Positions 39,829 to 49,216 of a stretch of 64,000 nt of DNA are shown here, piece after piece. Source of the stretch: Janthinobacterium lividum (GTDB lineage Bacteria; Bacteroidota; Bacteroidia; Cytophagales; Hymenobacteraceae). Position 1 is the first letter of the stretch; every line of letters starts with the position of its first letter. The translations under genes were made by a program, and so were the position numbers. The notes beneath the pieces were generated by a model, which worked only from the letters and a program-made list of their open reading frames with translations, did no database searches and had not been told where the DNA came from. The stretch spans positions 546 through 64,545 of the forward strand of contig JBPBPH010000089.1 in NCBI GenBank assembly GCA_050954355.1, read 5' to 3'.

Positions 39829-41004
39829 GTGGCTTCTTTTACAACTAAAACCCTGGCCCTGCTGGGCTCGACGGGCTCCATTGGCACGCAGGCGCTGGAA
39901 GTGGTGCGCGCGCAAAAAGGGCGGTTTCGGGTGGCGGTGCTCACGGCGGGGCGGCAGTGGCAGCGGCTGGTGCAGCAGGCCCAGGAGTTTCGGCCGGCCG
40001 CCGTGGTGGTTGCCGACGAGTTTTACCACGACGTAAAAACCGCGCTGGCCGGCCAGCCCGAAACCGAGGTGCTGGCCGGCGCGGCGGCGCTGACGCAAGT
40101 AGTGCAGCGCCCCGACGTGGAGGTGGTGCTCACGGCCCTGGTGGGCTACGCGGGCCTAGGGCCCACGGTAGCGGCCATTCGGGCGGGCAAGGACATTGCC
40201 CTGGCCAACAAGGAAACCCTGGTGGTGGCCGGCGAGCTGATTACCAGCCTCGTGCGTGAGCACGGGGTGCGCCTGCTGCCCGTCGATAGCGAGCACTCGG
40301 CCATTTTCCAGTGCTTGGTGGGCGAGGCAGCTAACCCGCTCGAGAAAGTCATCCTCACGGCGTCGGGCGGGCCGTTTCGGGGGCGCACCGTGGCCCAGCT
40401 GGCGAGCATCACTCAAGCGCAGGCCCTGAAGCACCCCAACTGGACGATGGGCGCCAAAATCACCATCGACTCGGCCACGCTCATGAACAAGGGCCTGGAA
40501 GTGATTGAGGCCAAGTGGCTGTTTGACCTGGCCAATGACCAAATTGACGTGGTGGTGCACCCGCAAAGCATCGTGCACTCGCTGGTGCAGTTCCAGGATG
40601 GCTCGCTGAAGGCCCAGCTGGGGCTGCCCGACATGAAGCTGCCCATTCAATACGCCCTAGGGTACCCGCAGCGGCTGCCGAATGCCTGGCCCCGGTTTTC
40701 GTTTCTCAACTACCCCAGCCTCACCTTCGAGGCGCCCGACCTGGGCACGTTTCGGCACCTGCCGCTGGCCTTCGCAGCTATGCGGGCGGGCGGCACCGCG
40801 CCCTGCGTGCTCAACGCGGCCAATGAGGTAGCGGTGGCCGCGTTTTTGCAGGATGAGGTGAGCTTCCTGGGCATGGCCGATGCGGTGGCCGAAACCCTGG
40901 AAAGGGTGCCGTATCTTGCAACCCCAACCCTGGCCGACTACGCCGCCACCGACGCCGAGGCGCGGCGCGTGGCGACCGGGCTAGTCAAGGCATCACTTAG
41001 TTAA
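39829..41004 (+). CDS. dxr: 1-deoxy-D-xylulose-5-phosphate reductoisomerase
   Basis: LGSTGSIG, LANKE, PVDSEH, HPNWTMG, NKGLE and NAANE motifs. GTG start is inferred. Confidence 0.97.
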   Translation: MASFTTKTLALLGSTGSIGTQALEVVRAQKGRFRVAVLTAGRQWQRLVQQAQEFRPAAVVVADEFYHDVKTALAGQPETEVLAGAAALTQVVQRPDVEVVLTALVGYAGLGPTVAAIRAGKDIALANKETLVVAGELITSLVREHGVRLLPVDSEHSAIFQCLVGEAANPLEKVILTASGGPFRGRTVAQLASITQAQALKHPNWTMGAKITIDSATLMNKGLEVIEAKWLFDLANDQIDVVVHPQSIVHSLVQFQDGSLKAQLGLPDMKLPIQYALGYPQRLPNAWPRFSFLNYPSLTFEAPDLGTFRHLPLAFAAMRAGGTAPCVLNAANEVAVAAFLQDEVSFLGMADAVAETLERVPYLATPTLADYAATDAEARRVATGLVKASLS

Positions 41005-41102
41005 GAACGTCATGCTGAGCTTGTCGAAGCATCTCGCTCGCACCGTTTGGTTTCATTCAACGGCGCAAGCGAGATGCTTCGCGGGCTCAGCATGACGTTC
41101 TT
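41003..41102. repeat. REP-like long inverted repeat
   Basis: AAGAACGTCATGCTGAGCTTGTCGAAGCATCTCGC...GCGAGATGCTTCGCGGGCTCAGCATGACGTTCTT. Confidence 0.88.
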
Positions 41103-41142
41103 GAGCAGACTACTATTTACTTTTCTAATTCAACTACTTCCT

Positions 41143-42486
41143 TTGGAAATTCTTGTGATGATTGGCCAGCTCGTGCTGGCGCTTTCGCTGCTCGTGGGCT
41201 TGCACGAGTTTGGGCACTTTGCCTTTGCCAAGCTATTTAAGATTCGGGTTAGCAAGTTCTACATCTTCTTCGACTTCCTGTTTCCGCTGCCCAACGTGGC
41301 CAATTTCAGCCTCTTGAAGAAGAAGATTGGCGAAACGGAGTACGGCATTGGCTGGTTTCCCCTGGGGGGCTACGTGGCCATTCACGGCATGGTGGACGAA
41401 ACCCAGGACGCCGACGCGCTGGCCGGCCCGCCGCAGCCCGACGAGTTTCGGGCCAAGCCGGCCTGGCAGCGCCTGCTGGTGATGCTGGGCGGCATCATCA
41501 TGAACGTGCTTACGGGCATCGTGGTGTTTACGCTGCTCACCTACAAGCTGGGCGAGGAGTACCTGCCCGCCGCGCAGGCCCGCTACGGCATAGTGGCCAG
41601 CCCGCTAGCCCAGCAGATAGGCTTCCGCGACGGCGACCAAATTGTGAAAATCAACGGCCGCCCCTTCCAGGAGTTCAACGACATCTACGACCCCGACGTG
41701 CTGCTCGACAACGAGAGCTACTACACCGTGGAGCGGGGCGGCCAGCTCCTCGACTTGCCCAAACTAGGGTCGGGCTTCCTGGACCGCATCAGCAAGCAGG
41801 GCGACGAGCCCTTCGTGTCGGCTCGCGCGCCCTTCTCGCTCGGCGAGGTAGTGGCGGGCGGGCCGGCCGCCAAGGCTGGCATTCAGCCCGGCGACCGCGT
41901 GGTGCAGGTGGGCAGCACGCCCATCACCTACGCCAACGAGCTGCTGACCACGCTGCCCAAGCTCAAAGGCCAAACGGTGCCCGTGACGGTGGCGCGCGGC
42001 GGGCAGCGCCTCACGCTGCCGGTGGCCATTAACTCGTCGGGCAAGATGGGCGTGGCCCTCAAGCCCGACCTGCACCTGAGCACCCGCTACTACGGCCTGG
42101 GCCAGTCGGTGCCGGTGGGGGCCAAAAAGGCATTTAGCGTGGTGACGCTGCAAGCCAAGGCCCTGACCAAGATGGCCAAACGCGAGATTTCGGCCGCCGA
42201 CAACCTGGGCGGCCCCGTCGAGATTGCCCAGCAGTTTGGCGGCGTCTGGAACTGGCCGCACTTCTGGACGCTGGTGGGCATGCTGAGCATGGTGCTGGCC
42301 TTCATGAACCTGCTGCCCATTCCGGCCCTCGACGGCGGCCACGTGCTGTTTCTGCTCTACGAGATGATAACGCGCACCAAGCCCTCGGAGCGCTTCCTCG
42401 AAAATGCCCAGCGCGTGGGCACGGCGCTCATCCTCATGCTCATGTTCTACGTGCTGATTGTGAAGCAGGTAATGAAGTTTTTTTAG
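41143..42486 (+). CDS. rseP: RIP metalloprotease RseP
   Basis: HEFGH, PLGGYV, PDZ domains, NLLPIPALDGGH; lies downstream of dxr. TTG start is inferred. Confidence 0.95.
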   Translation: MEILVMIGQLVLALSLLVGLHEFGHFAFAKLFKIRVSKFYIFFDFLFPLPNVANFSLLKKKIGETEYGIGWFPLGGYVAIHGMVDETQDADALAGPPQPDEFRAKPAWQRLLVMLGGIIMNVLTGIVVFTLLTYKLGEEYLPAAQARYGIVASPLAQQIGFRDGDQIVKINGRPFQEFNDIYDPDVLLDNESYYTVERGGQLLDLPKLGSGFLDRISKQGDEPFVSARAPFSLGEVVAGGPAAKAGIQPGDRVVQVGSTPITYANELLTTLPKLKGQTVPVTVARGGQRLTLPVAINSSGKMGVALKPDLHLSTRYYGLGQSVPVGAKKAFSVVTLQAKALTKMAKREISAADNLGGPVEIAQQFGGVWNWPHFWTLVGMLSMVLAFMNLLPIPALDGGHVLFLLYEMITRTKPSERFLENAQRVGTALILMLMFYVLIVKQVMKFF

Positions 42487-42513
42487 GCCTAGGGCTCAAA
42501 ACTGGTTGTAGTA

Positions 42514-42552
42514 AAAGGCGGTCATGCTGAGCCTGCGAAGCATGACCGCCTT
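42514..42552. repeat. Collapsed REP-like hairpin
   Basis: AAGGCGGTCATGCTGAGCCTGCGAAGCATGACCGCCTT. Confidence 0.75.
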
Positions 42553-42584
42553 GTTTTTTAATTATGCAGCTCTTTCGTTACCCC

Positions 42585-43091
42585 ATGCGCCGCCCTTTGC
42601 CGCTCCTAGGCCTGCTACTGGCGCTGCCTACCCTAGGGGGCACGCGCCACGCCTACCACAGCACCATCACCGAGCTGCGCCTGAACGCGCCGGCCAAGCA
42701 GGTGGAGCTTTCCATCAAAGTCTTCACCGACGACCTGGAGAAGGCCATTTCGCCGGGCCAGCCCAAAACCGTGAGCTTGCGCGAGCCCCGCGCCCTGCCG
42801 CTGGTGGCGCAGTACCTGCACCAGCACCTGCTGCTGAGCTTGCCGGCCGCGGCCCGCGCTGGCCGCCAGCCGCTCGATGTGCAGCTGGTGGGCCTGCAGC
42901 CCGACCAGGAAGCCTACTGGGTGTACGCCAAGGCCGTCCTGCCCCGCCCCACCACCGAGCTGCTGGTGCACCAAGCCATGCTGCTTGAGCAGTTTCCCGA
43001 CCAAATGAACATCGTAAACGCCGAAGGCAACGGCAAGAAAATCAGCGAGCTATTTCGCAACGGCCACGAGGAGCAGGTACTCAACTTTTAG
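42585..43091 (+). CDS. DUF6702-like secreted protein
   Basis: HAYHSTITE, KVFTDDLE and FPDQMNIV motifs. Confidence 0.7.
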   Translation: MRRPLPLLGLLLALPTLGGTRHAYHSTITELRLNAPAKQVELSIKVFTDDLEKAISPGQPKTVSLREPRALPLVAQYLHQHLLLSLPAAARAGRQPLDVQLVGLQPDQEAYWVYAKAVLPRPTTELLVHQAMLLEQFPDQMNIVNAEGNGKKISELFRNGHEEQVLNF

Positions 43092-43115
43092 GTAGGGTAA
43101 GGAGTAAAGAGAGCG

Positions 43116-43787
43116 TCATTGCGCACTAGCACCCAGCCACTGGCAGAAGGGCCCTAGGGCCCGCAGCGCCGCCAGCGTGTGCGCCCGAAAGTCGGCCGGC
43201 GACAGGGCCCGCAGGTCGGCGTCGGGCAGGTGGTGAGGGAGAATAAATTGCTTGTGGCGCAGCCAGTTGGCTTCAGGGTGGGTGGCCTCGTAGCCGGGCG
43301 GCATCTTCTTGAGCTGCTCGCCCCCTAGGCCCCGCGGGAAAAACTGCCGGGCGGCGGGTGCAAGTAGCAGCGCATGCAAATCGGCGGCGGCGTAGTCAAT
43401 TTCCTGGCGCACGGCGGCCAGCTGCTCTTTGGTGGGCTCGTAGAGGCCACCAGCCACCAGCGTTTGCCCGTGCGGGCCCACCTGCACGTAGCGGCCGGGG
43501 GCGCTGCCGTGCTTGCCGCCGGGCGCGAAGTAGGCCGAAAAGTGCGTTTTGTAGGGCACCTTCACCTTCGCGAAGCGCACGTCGCGGTAGATGCGAAAGG
43601 TGCACTTGGCGGGGTCGAGGCCGGCCAGGGCGGGGTCGGCGGCGGCCAGCTCGCGCAGCCAATAAGCCACGTCGGCCTGGAAAGCGAGCCGCAGCTCTTC
43701 GTAGCGGGCTTTGTGGGCCTGAAACCAGTCGCGCTCGTTGTGGGCAGCTAAGTCTTGCAGGTAGTCGAGCAGGGCAGCAGGGTTCAT
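43116..43787 (-). CDS. DUF2461 family protein
   Basis: HNERDWF...Y and FRIYRDVRFAK..PYK motifs. Confidence 0.88.
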   Translation of the reverse strand: MNPAALLDYLQDLAAHNERDWFQAHKARYEELRLAFQADVAYWLRELAAADPALAGLDPAKCTFRIYRDVRFAKVKVPYKTHFSAYFAPGGKHGSAPGRYVQVGPHGQTLVAGGLYEPTKEQLAAVRQEIDYAAADLHALLLAPAARQFFPRGLGGEQLKKMPPGYEATHPEANWLRHKQFILPHHLPDADLRALSPADFRAHTLAALRALGPFCQWLGASAQ

Positions 43788-43950
43788 GGGGCAAAGCTAG
43801 GACAGCGGGCCCTGGGGCCAGTAGCTTAATCCAGGGCCTGGCGGGCGCCGGGGCCCTAGGGTGCGCGCCGCCCAGCTGGTAGCGGGCGCGGGCCGGCACG
43901 GTTTTTTCGAGGAGCTTTGCCCGCCTACTCATTTGCTTTTACCCCTGCCC

Positions 43951-45066
43951 ATGCGCCCGCTGCTGCTTGCCTGCCTAGCCCTCTTCCTTGCCCCCACCCT
44001 AGCCCGCGCCCAGCGGCCCACCGATATATGGTACTTCGGCCAGCGGGCGGGGCTGAGCTTTGCCAGCGGCGCGCCCACGCCGCTCACCAACGGGGCCATG
44101 ACCACCTATGAGGGCTGCGCCACGGCCACCACCCGGCGCGGCGAGCTGCTGTTTTACACCGACGGCCAAACCGTGTGGAACCGCCAGCACCAGCCCATGC
44201 AGGGCGGCCGCCACCTTCTGGGCTCGGGCAGCAGCACGCAGAGCGCCCTCATCGTGCCCGACCCCGGCTCGGGCAACGTGTTTTACGTTTTTACGGTGGC
44301 TCCGCAGGGCGGGCCCGACGGCCTGCGCTACTCGGTGGTGGATATGACCCGCGACAATAACCTGGGCGACGTGGCCCGCGCCAACCTGCTGCTGCTGACG
44401 CCCGTGGCCGAGAAGCTGGCCGCCGTGCGCCACGCCAACGGCCGCGACGTGTGGGTGCTGGCCCACCGCTGGAACTCCAACGCCTTCGTGGCCTACCTGG
44501 TGACGGCTAACGGCGTGAGTGCCAAGCCAGTGGTGAGCAACGTGGGCGCCACCACCGGCGGGCCCGGCGGCAACGCCATCGGGGCGCTCAAGTTCGCGCC
44601 CGACGGCACCAAGCTAGCGGCCGCCCTCTGGCGCGACAACAACAGGTTTGAGGTCTACGACTTCGACCGCGCTACCGGCCAGGTGAGCAACCCGCGCAGC
44701 TTCGGGCCCTACCAGGAGGCCTACGGCGTGGAGTTTTCGCCCGATGGCACCAAGCTCTACGGCACTGCCAACGGCAACTCCTCGGCCAAGAATATTGCCG
44801 CCGGCGCCCTCGAAACCCAAGTGCTGCAGTTCGACCTAGCCACCAAGCAAGTAGCGCCCATCGGCCACTCCAGCAACCACAAAATCGGCGCCTTGCAGCG
44901 CGGGCCCGACGGCAAAATTTACGTGGCCCGCGAGGACAATTCTTTCCTAGGGGTCATCGACAACCCCAACGCCGCCGGCCCCGCCGCCCGCTACACCGAC
45001 GATGGCCTGAACCTGGGCGGCCGCCGCAGCAAGCTGGGTTTGCCCGCGTTTGTGGTGGAGCCCTAG
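43951..45066 (+). CDS. Secreted beta-propeller (WD40-like) protein
   Basis: WYFG..AGL, LLFYTDG, repeated FAPDGTKL/FSPDGTKLY, LQRGPDGKIY. Confidence 0.8.
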   Translation: MRPLLLACLALFLAPTLARAQRPTDIWYFGQRAGLSFASGAPTPLTNGAMTTYEGCATATTRRGELLFYTDGQTVWNRQHQPMQGGRHLLGSGSSTQSALIVPDPGSGNVFYVFTVAPQGGPDGLRYSVVDMTRDNNLGDVARANLLLLTPVAEKLAAVRHANGRDVWVLAHRWNSNAFVAYLVTANGVSAKPVVSNVGATTGGPGGNAIGALKFAPDGTKLAAALWRDNNRFEVYDFDRATGQVSNPRSFGPYQEAYGVEFSPDGTKLYGTANGNSSAKNIAAGALETQVLQFDLATKQVAPIGHSSNHKIGALQRGPDGKIYVAREDNSFLGVIDNPNAAGPAARYTDDGLNLGGRRSKLGLPAFVVEP

Positions 45067-45122
45067 GGCCAGGCTACGGCGCAAGTGCGGGCCAGGCGAT
45101 AACTTTGCTTAAAACTTAGCGC

Positions 45123-46043
45123 ATGAAAAAATATCTTTTAAGTTTCACTCACCGCGTGGGCGTAGGGCTGTTTTTGGGTCTTGCCGGGGGCGCGGGCCTC
45201 AGCAGCTGCCACAAGGACGACACCCAGGTGACGGCCGACTACTCGGCCACCGACGACGCGCTCATCAAGAGCTACCTCACTACCAACAACATCACTACCG
45301 CCCAGAAGCAGGCGTCCGGCCTGTACTTCGTGCCCACGGTTACCAATGCCAACGCGGCCAAACCCACAACCGGCACCAACGTGTCGTTCCTTTTCACGGG
45401 CACGCTGCTCAATGGCACCGTCTTCGGCTCGGCCCTGGACAGAACTAAGCCCGCCAGCTTCGTGCTCGGCAACGCCAACACGATTGCGGGCTTGCAGGAA
45501 GGCATTTCGCTGATGCACCTGGGCGACAAGGCCACCCTGCTCCTGCCGTCGAAACTGGCCTTTGGGCCCGACGGCAACGGCGGCACCGTGCCGGCCAACA
45601 CGGTTATCCGCCTCGACGTGGAAGTGATAGATTTCAACTACGCCGCCACCGACGACGCACTCATTCAGCAGTATATCACGGCCAACAGCATTACGGGCGC
45701 CCAGAAGCAAGCCTCGGGGCTGTACTACGTGCCGGTGGTAGCCAACGCCGCCGGCACCCAGGCCACGGCCGGTAAGAGCGTGTCGGTGCTCTACACCGGC
45801 AAGCTGCTCGACGGCAGCACCTTTGACGCCTCCTCGCAGCACGGCAACACCCCCATCACCTTCACCCTAGGGGCCAAGCAGGTTATCCCGGGCTGGGACG
45901 AGGGCATCGCCCTCATGCGCAAGGGCGAGAAAGCCACCCTGCTCATTCCCTCGGCCCAGGCCTACGGCCCCAGCAGCCCCAGCACCAGCATTCCGGCCAA
46001 CTCCGTGCTGCGCTTTGACGTGGAGCTGACCGACGTGCAATAG
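45123..46043 (+). CDS. Tandem FKBP-type peptidyl-prolyl isomerase lipoprotein
   Basis: LSSC lipobox; two FKBP repeats (ASGLY...GWDEGI...IPANSVLRFDVEL). Confidence 0.92.
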   Translation: MKKYLLSFTHRVGVGLFLGLAGGAGLSSCHKDDTQVTADYSATDDALIKSYLTTNNITTAQKQASGLYFVPTVTNANAAKPTTGTNVSFLFTGTLLNGTVFGSALDRTKPASFVLGNANTIAGLQEGISLMHLGDKATLLLPSKLAFGPDGNGGTVPANTVIRLDVEVIDFNYAATDDALIQQYITANSITGAQKQASGLYYVPVVANAAGTQATAGKSVSVLYTGKLLDGSTFDASSQHGNTPITFTLGAKQVIPGWDEGIALMRKGEKATLLIPSAQAYGPSSPSTSIPANSVLRFDVELTDVQ

Positions 46044-46163
46044 CCCTGGCAGCCCGGTAGTACCCTAGGGGGCGGTTGCCAGCGTGGCAGCCGCCCCTTT
46101 TTGGTGGGCCTTGTGGCGCCAGGCCGCCGGGCCACTGTGGGCAAGCGGCGCTATTTTGCGGCC

Positions 46164-47147
<984 letters not shown>

Positions 47148-47207
47148 GGCACTATATTTAGTGTAATAAGCTCGGGTATATACTTCTCACCCGCTACTCA
47201 CAATTTT

Positions 47208-47759
47208 ATGCTGCGCTTTCTTCCTGCTTTCCTGGTTTTGCTGCTCGGTGGCAACCAGCTTTTTGCCCATGCTTGCCAGCCGGTCAATTTGATTACCGAT
47301 GCGCAAAAGAAGGGGCTGCTACAAGACTATATACGAGAATGCCATCGACAGCATTTTTTCGTGGAGGATAAAGGCGCGGTAAAACTCATTGCCTATCAAG
47401 ATGCCGACGGCCGGCCCTGCTGGCTGCTGAGCGCCATCGTTGACGACCGCTACCGCACCGCACCCCCGGCGAGCTATACCCGATTTGGCAACGACGTTAT
47501 ACTAGTGTACCAAGGCGATAGCAACGGTAACCCACTACCCATTGCGGGCAATTTGGCCGAGCGCGAGGCGTGCATTCGCGAAGTGCTCAAAGGCCGCCTT
47601 TATCATTACACCAACGAGCCCCAATACACCACCACTACCGATGCGCAGGGCAACGCCAAGCAGGTACAAATAACCCACGTAATTGGCGGCAACCCGCATA
47701 ACGACTTACTCATCAAGTTCAACAGAGATGGCACCGTCTCGAAGTTCACGCCAGTTTAA
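47208..47759 (+). CDS. Secreted hypothetical protein
   Basis: 183-aa ORF with a signal peptide; lower GC. Confidence 0.65.
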   Translation: MLRFLPAFLVLLLGGNQLFAHACQPVNLITDAQKKGLLQDYIRECHRQHFFVEDKGAVKLIAYQDADGRPCWLLSAIVDDRYRTAPPASYTRFGNDVILVYQGDSNGNPLPIAGNLAEREACIREVLKGRLYHYTNEPQYTTTTDAQGNAKQVQITHVIGGNPHNDLLIKFNRDGTVSKFTPV

Positions 47760-47941
47760 GGTGTGCTTTAGCATCGAGTGACCCTATGGCCACTCGTAGT
47801 TGAGGCGGCGGGGAGCTGCTGGGGACAAATTGAATGAGGCGCCGGACGTGCGGCCTACGCAACGTTTTGGGGCACCGGCCGGTCATCTGGGTAGCTGACT
47901 TTTCGGCCGCCTTTTCGCGTTGCTTCACTCCCGTCCTATTT

Positions 47942-48991
47942 ATGCGAGCTGCTTACCGTTCTTTTCTTGGAGTGGGCCTAGGGCTCCTCACCGCCGCCTG
48001 TCAGCACGCCGCCGGCCCCATCGGGCACTGGCAGGAGCAGCCCACCGGCCAAACCCTGTCGGCAGTGACCCAGCTTGTCTTTTCCAACCCGCAAGCTGGC
48101 TGGGTGGTGGGCGGCATCGTAGCGCCTACCTCCTTCGGGGGGCGCTACACCAATGTGCTACTGCGCACCACAGCGGGCGGTAGCCCTTGGGCAAGCCTCG
48201 ACTTGGCCCCCGTCAATACGGCCCGCGGCTGGCGCAGCTTCTACGCCGTCAACGACCAGCTGCTCTACGGCGTGGCCGACGACCTGCCGCTTAGCCTGGT
48301 GCCCGGCGCGCGGGCGCGGTTTGTCTACAAAAGCCAGGATGGCGGCCAGAGCTGGCAGCGCCTGCCAAGCACCGGCTTTTTCGATGGCGACCTGGCTTTC
48401 CCGAGCGCCCAGGTGGGCCTCTCGACTTACAGCTCCCGCATCGTGCGCACCGCCGACGGGGGCAACACTTGGCGGCCAGTGTGGCAAGACAGCTTGCAGC
48501 GCAAATGGGTGAGCCAGGTGCAGTTTGCCACGCCCACGCTAGGCTTTGCCACCGGCAACTGCGTGCTCAAAACCACCGACCAGGGCCAAACGTGGCAGGC
48601 GCTGCCCTGGAATAACGGCGCCATTTATAACGCGCAGTTCATTGGTGAGTCGGTGGGCTTCGCCGTTACAATGCCTAGCATTACCACTATCACAGGCCCT
48701 AGCATCGACGATTCGGGCCTGTACCGCACGCTCGACGGGGGCCAGACTTGGGAGCGGCTGCTGGCGCCGGCGGTTACCTCCACCTATGCCTTCGTGAGCG
48801 CGCACGAGTTTTACCGCGCCGGCCGCAGCATCGAACACACTTTCGACGCCGGCCAGCACTGGCAGACCGAATACACGCTGCCCACCGCCACCGCGTCCTC
48901 GCCCGATTCATTCGTCAGCTTCAGTTTTCCTTCGCCCGAAGCCGGCTACGCCGTGTCGAACAATGGCGTAGTAGTGAAGCGGGTGCCCTAG
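47942..48991 (+). CDS. BNR/YCF48-like beta-propeller lipoprotein
   Basis: TAAC lipobox; repeated (S/T)xDGGxxW Asp-boxes. Confidence 0.85.
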   Translation: MRAAYRSFLGVGLGLLTAACQHAAGPIGHWQEQPTGQTLSAVTQLVFSNPQAGWVVGGIVAPTSFGGRYTNVLLRTTAGGSPWASLDLAPVNTARGWRSFYAVNDQLLYGVADDLPLSLVPGARARFVYKSQDGGQSWQRLPSTGFFDGDLAFPSAQVGLSTYSSRIVRTADGGNTWRPVWQDSLQRKWVSQVQFATPTLGFATGNCVLKTTDQGQTWQALPWNNGAIYNAQFIGESVGFAVTMPSITTITGPSIDDSGLYRTLDGGQTWERLLAPAVTSTYAFVSAHEFYRAGRSIEHTFDAGQHWQTEYTLPTATASSPDSFVSFSFPSPEAGYAVSNNGVVVKRVP

Positions 48992-49216
48992 GGCAAGCTG
49001 GCCGGGCAAGTAGCTGGCGGCTCAAAGCCACCGGCAGCCTGAGCATAGCCGCTGCCACGCGTTTGGTAAGGCAAGCAGCTGCCGCTACTGGCCGCTACCT
49101 TACCCTGCACTATCCGAACGCTGATTTGGACTGACTCATTTTCTGGGAGGGCTTACAGCTCAGCAAATTATACCTCCTGCCCCTAATGCCTAAGGGTTTT
49201 GCTTGCTGCACTACCC

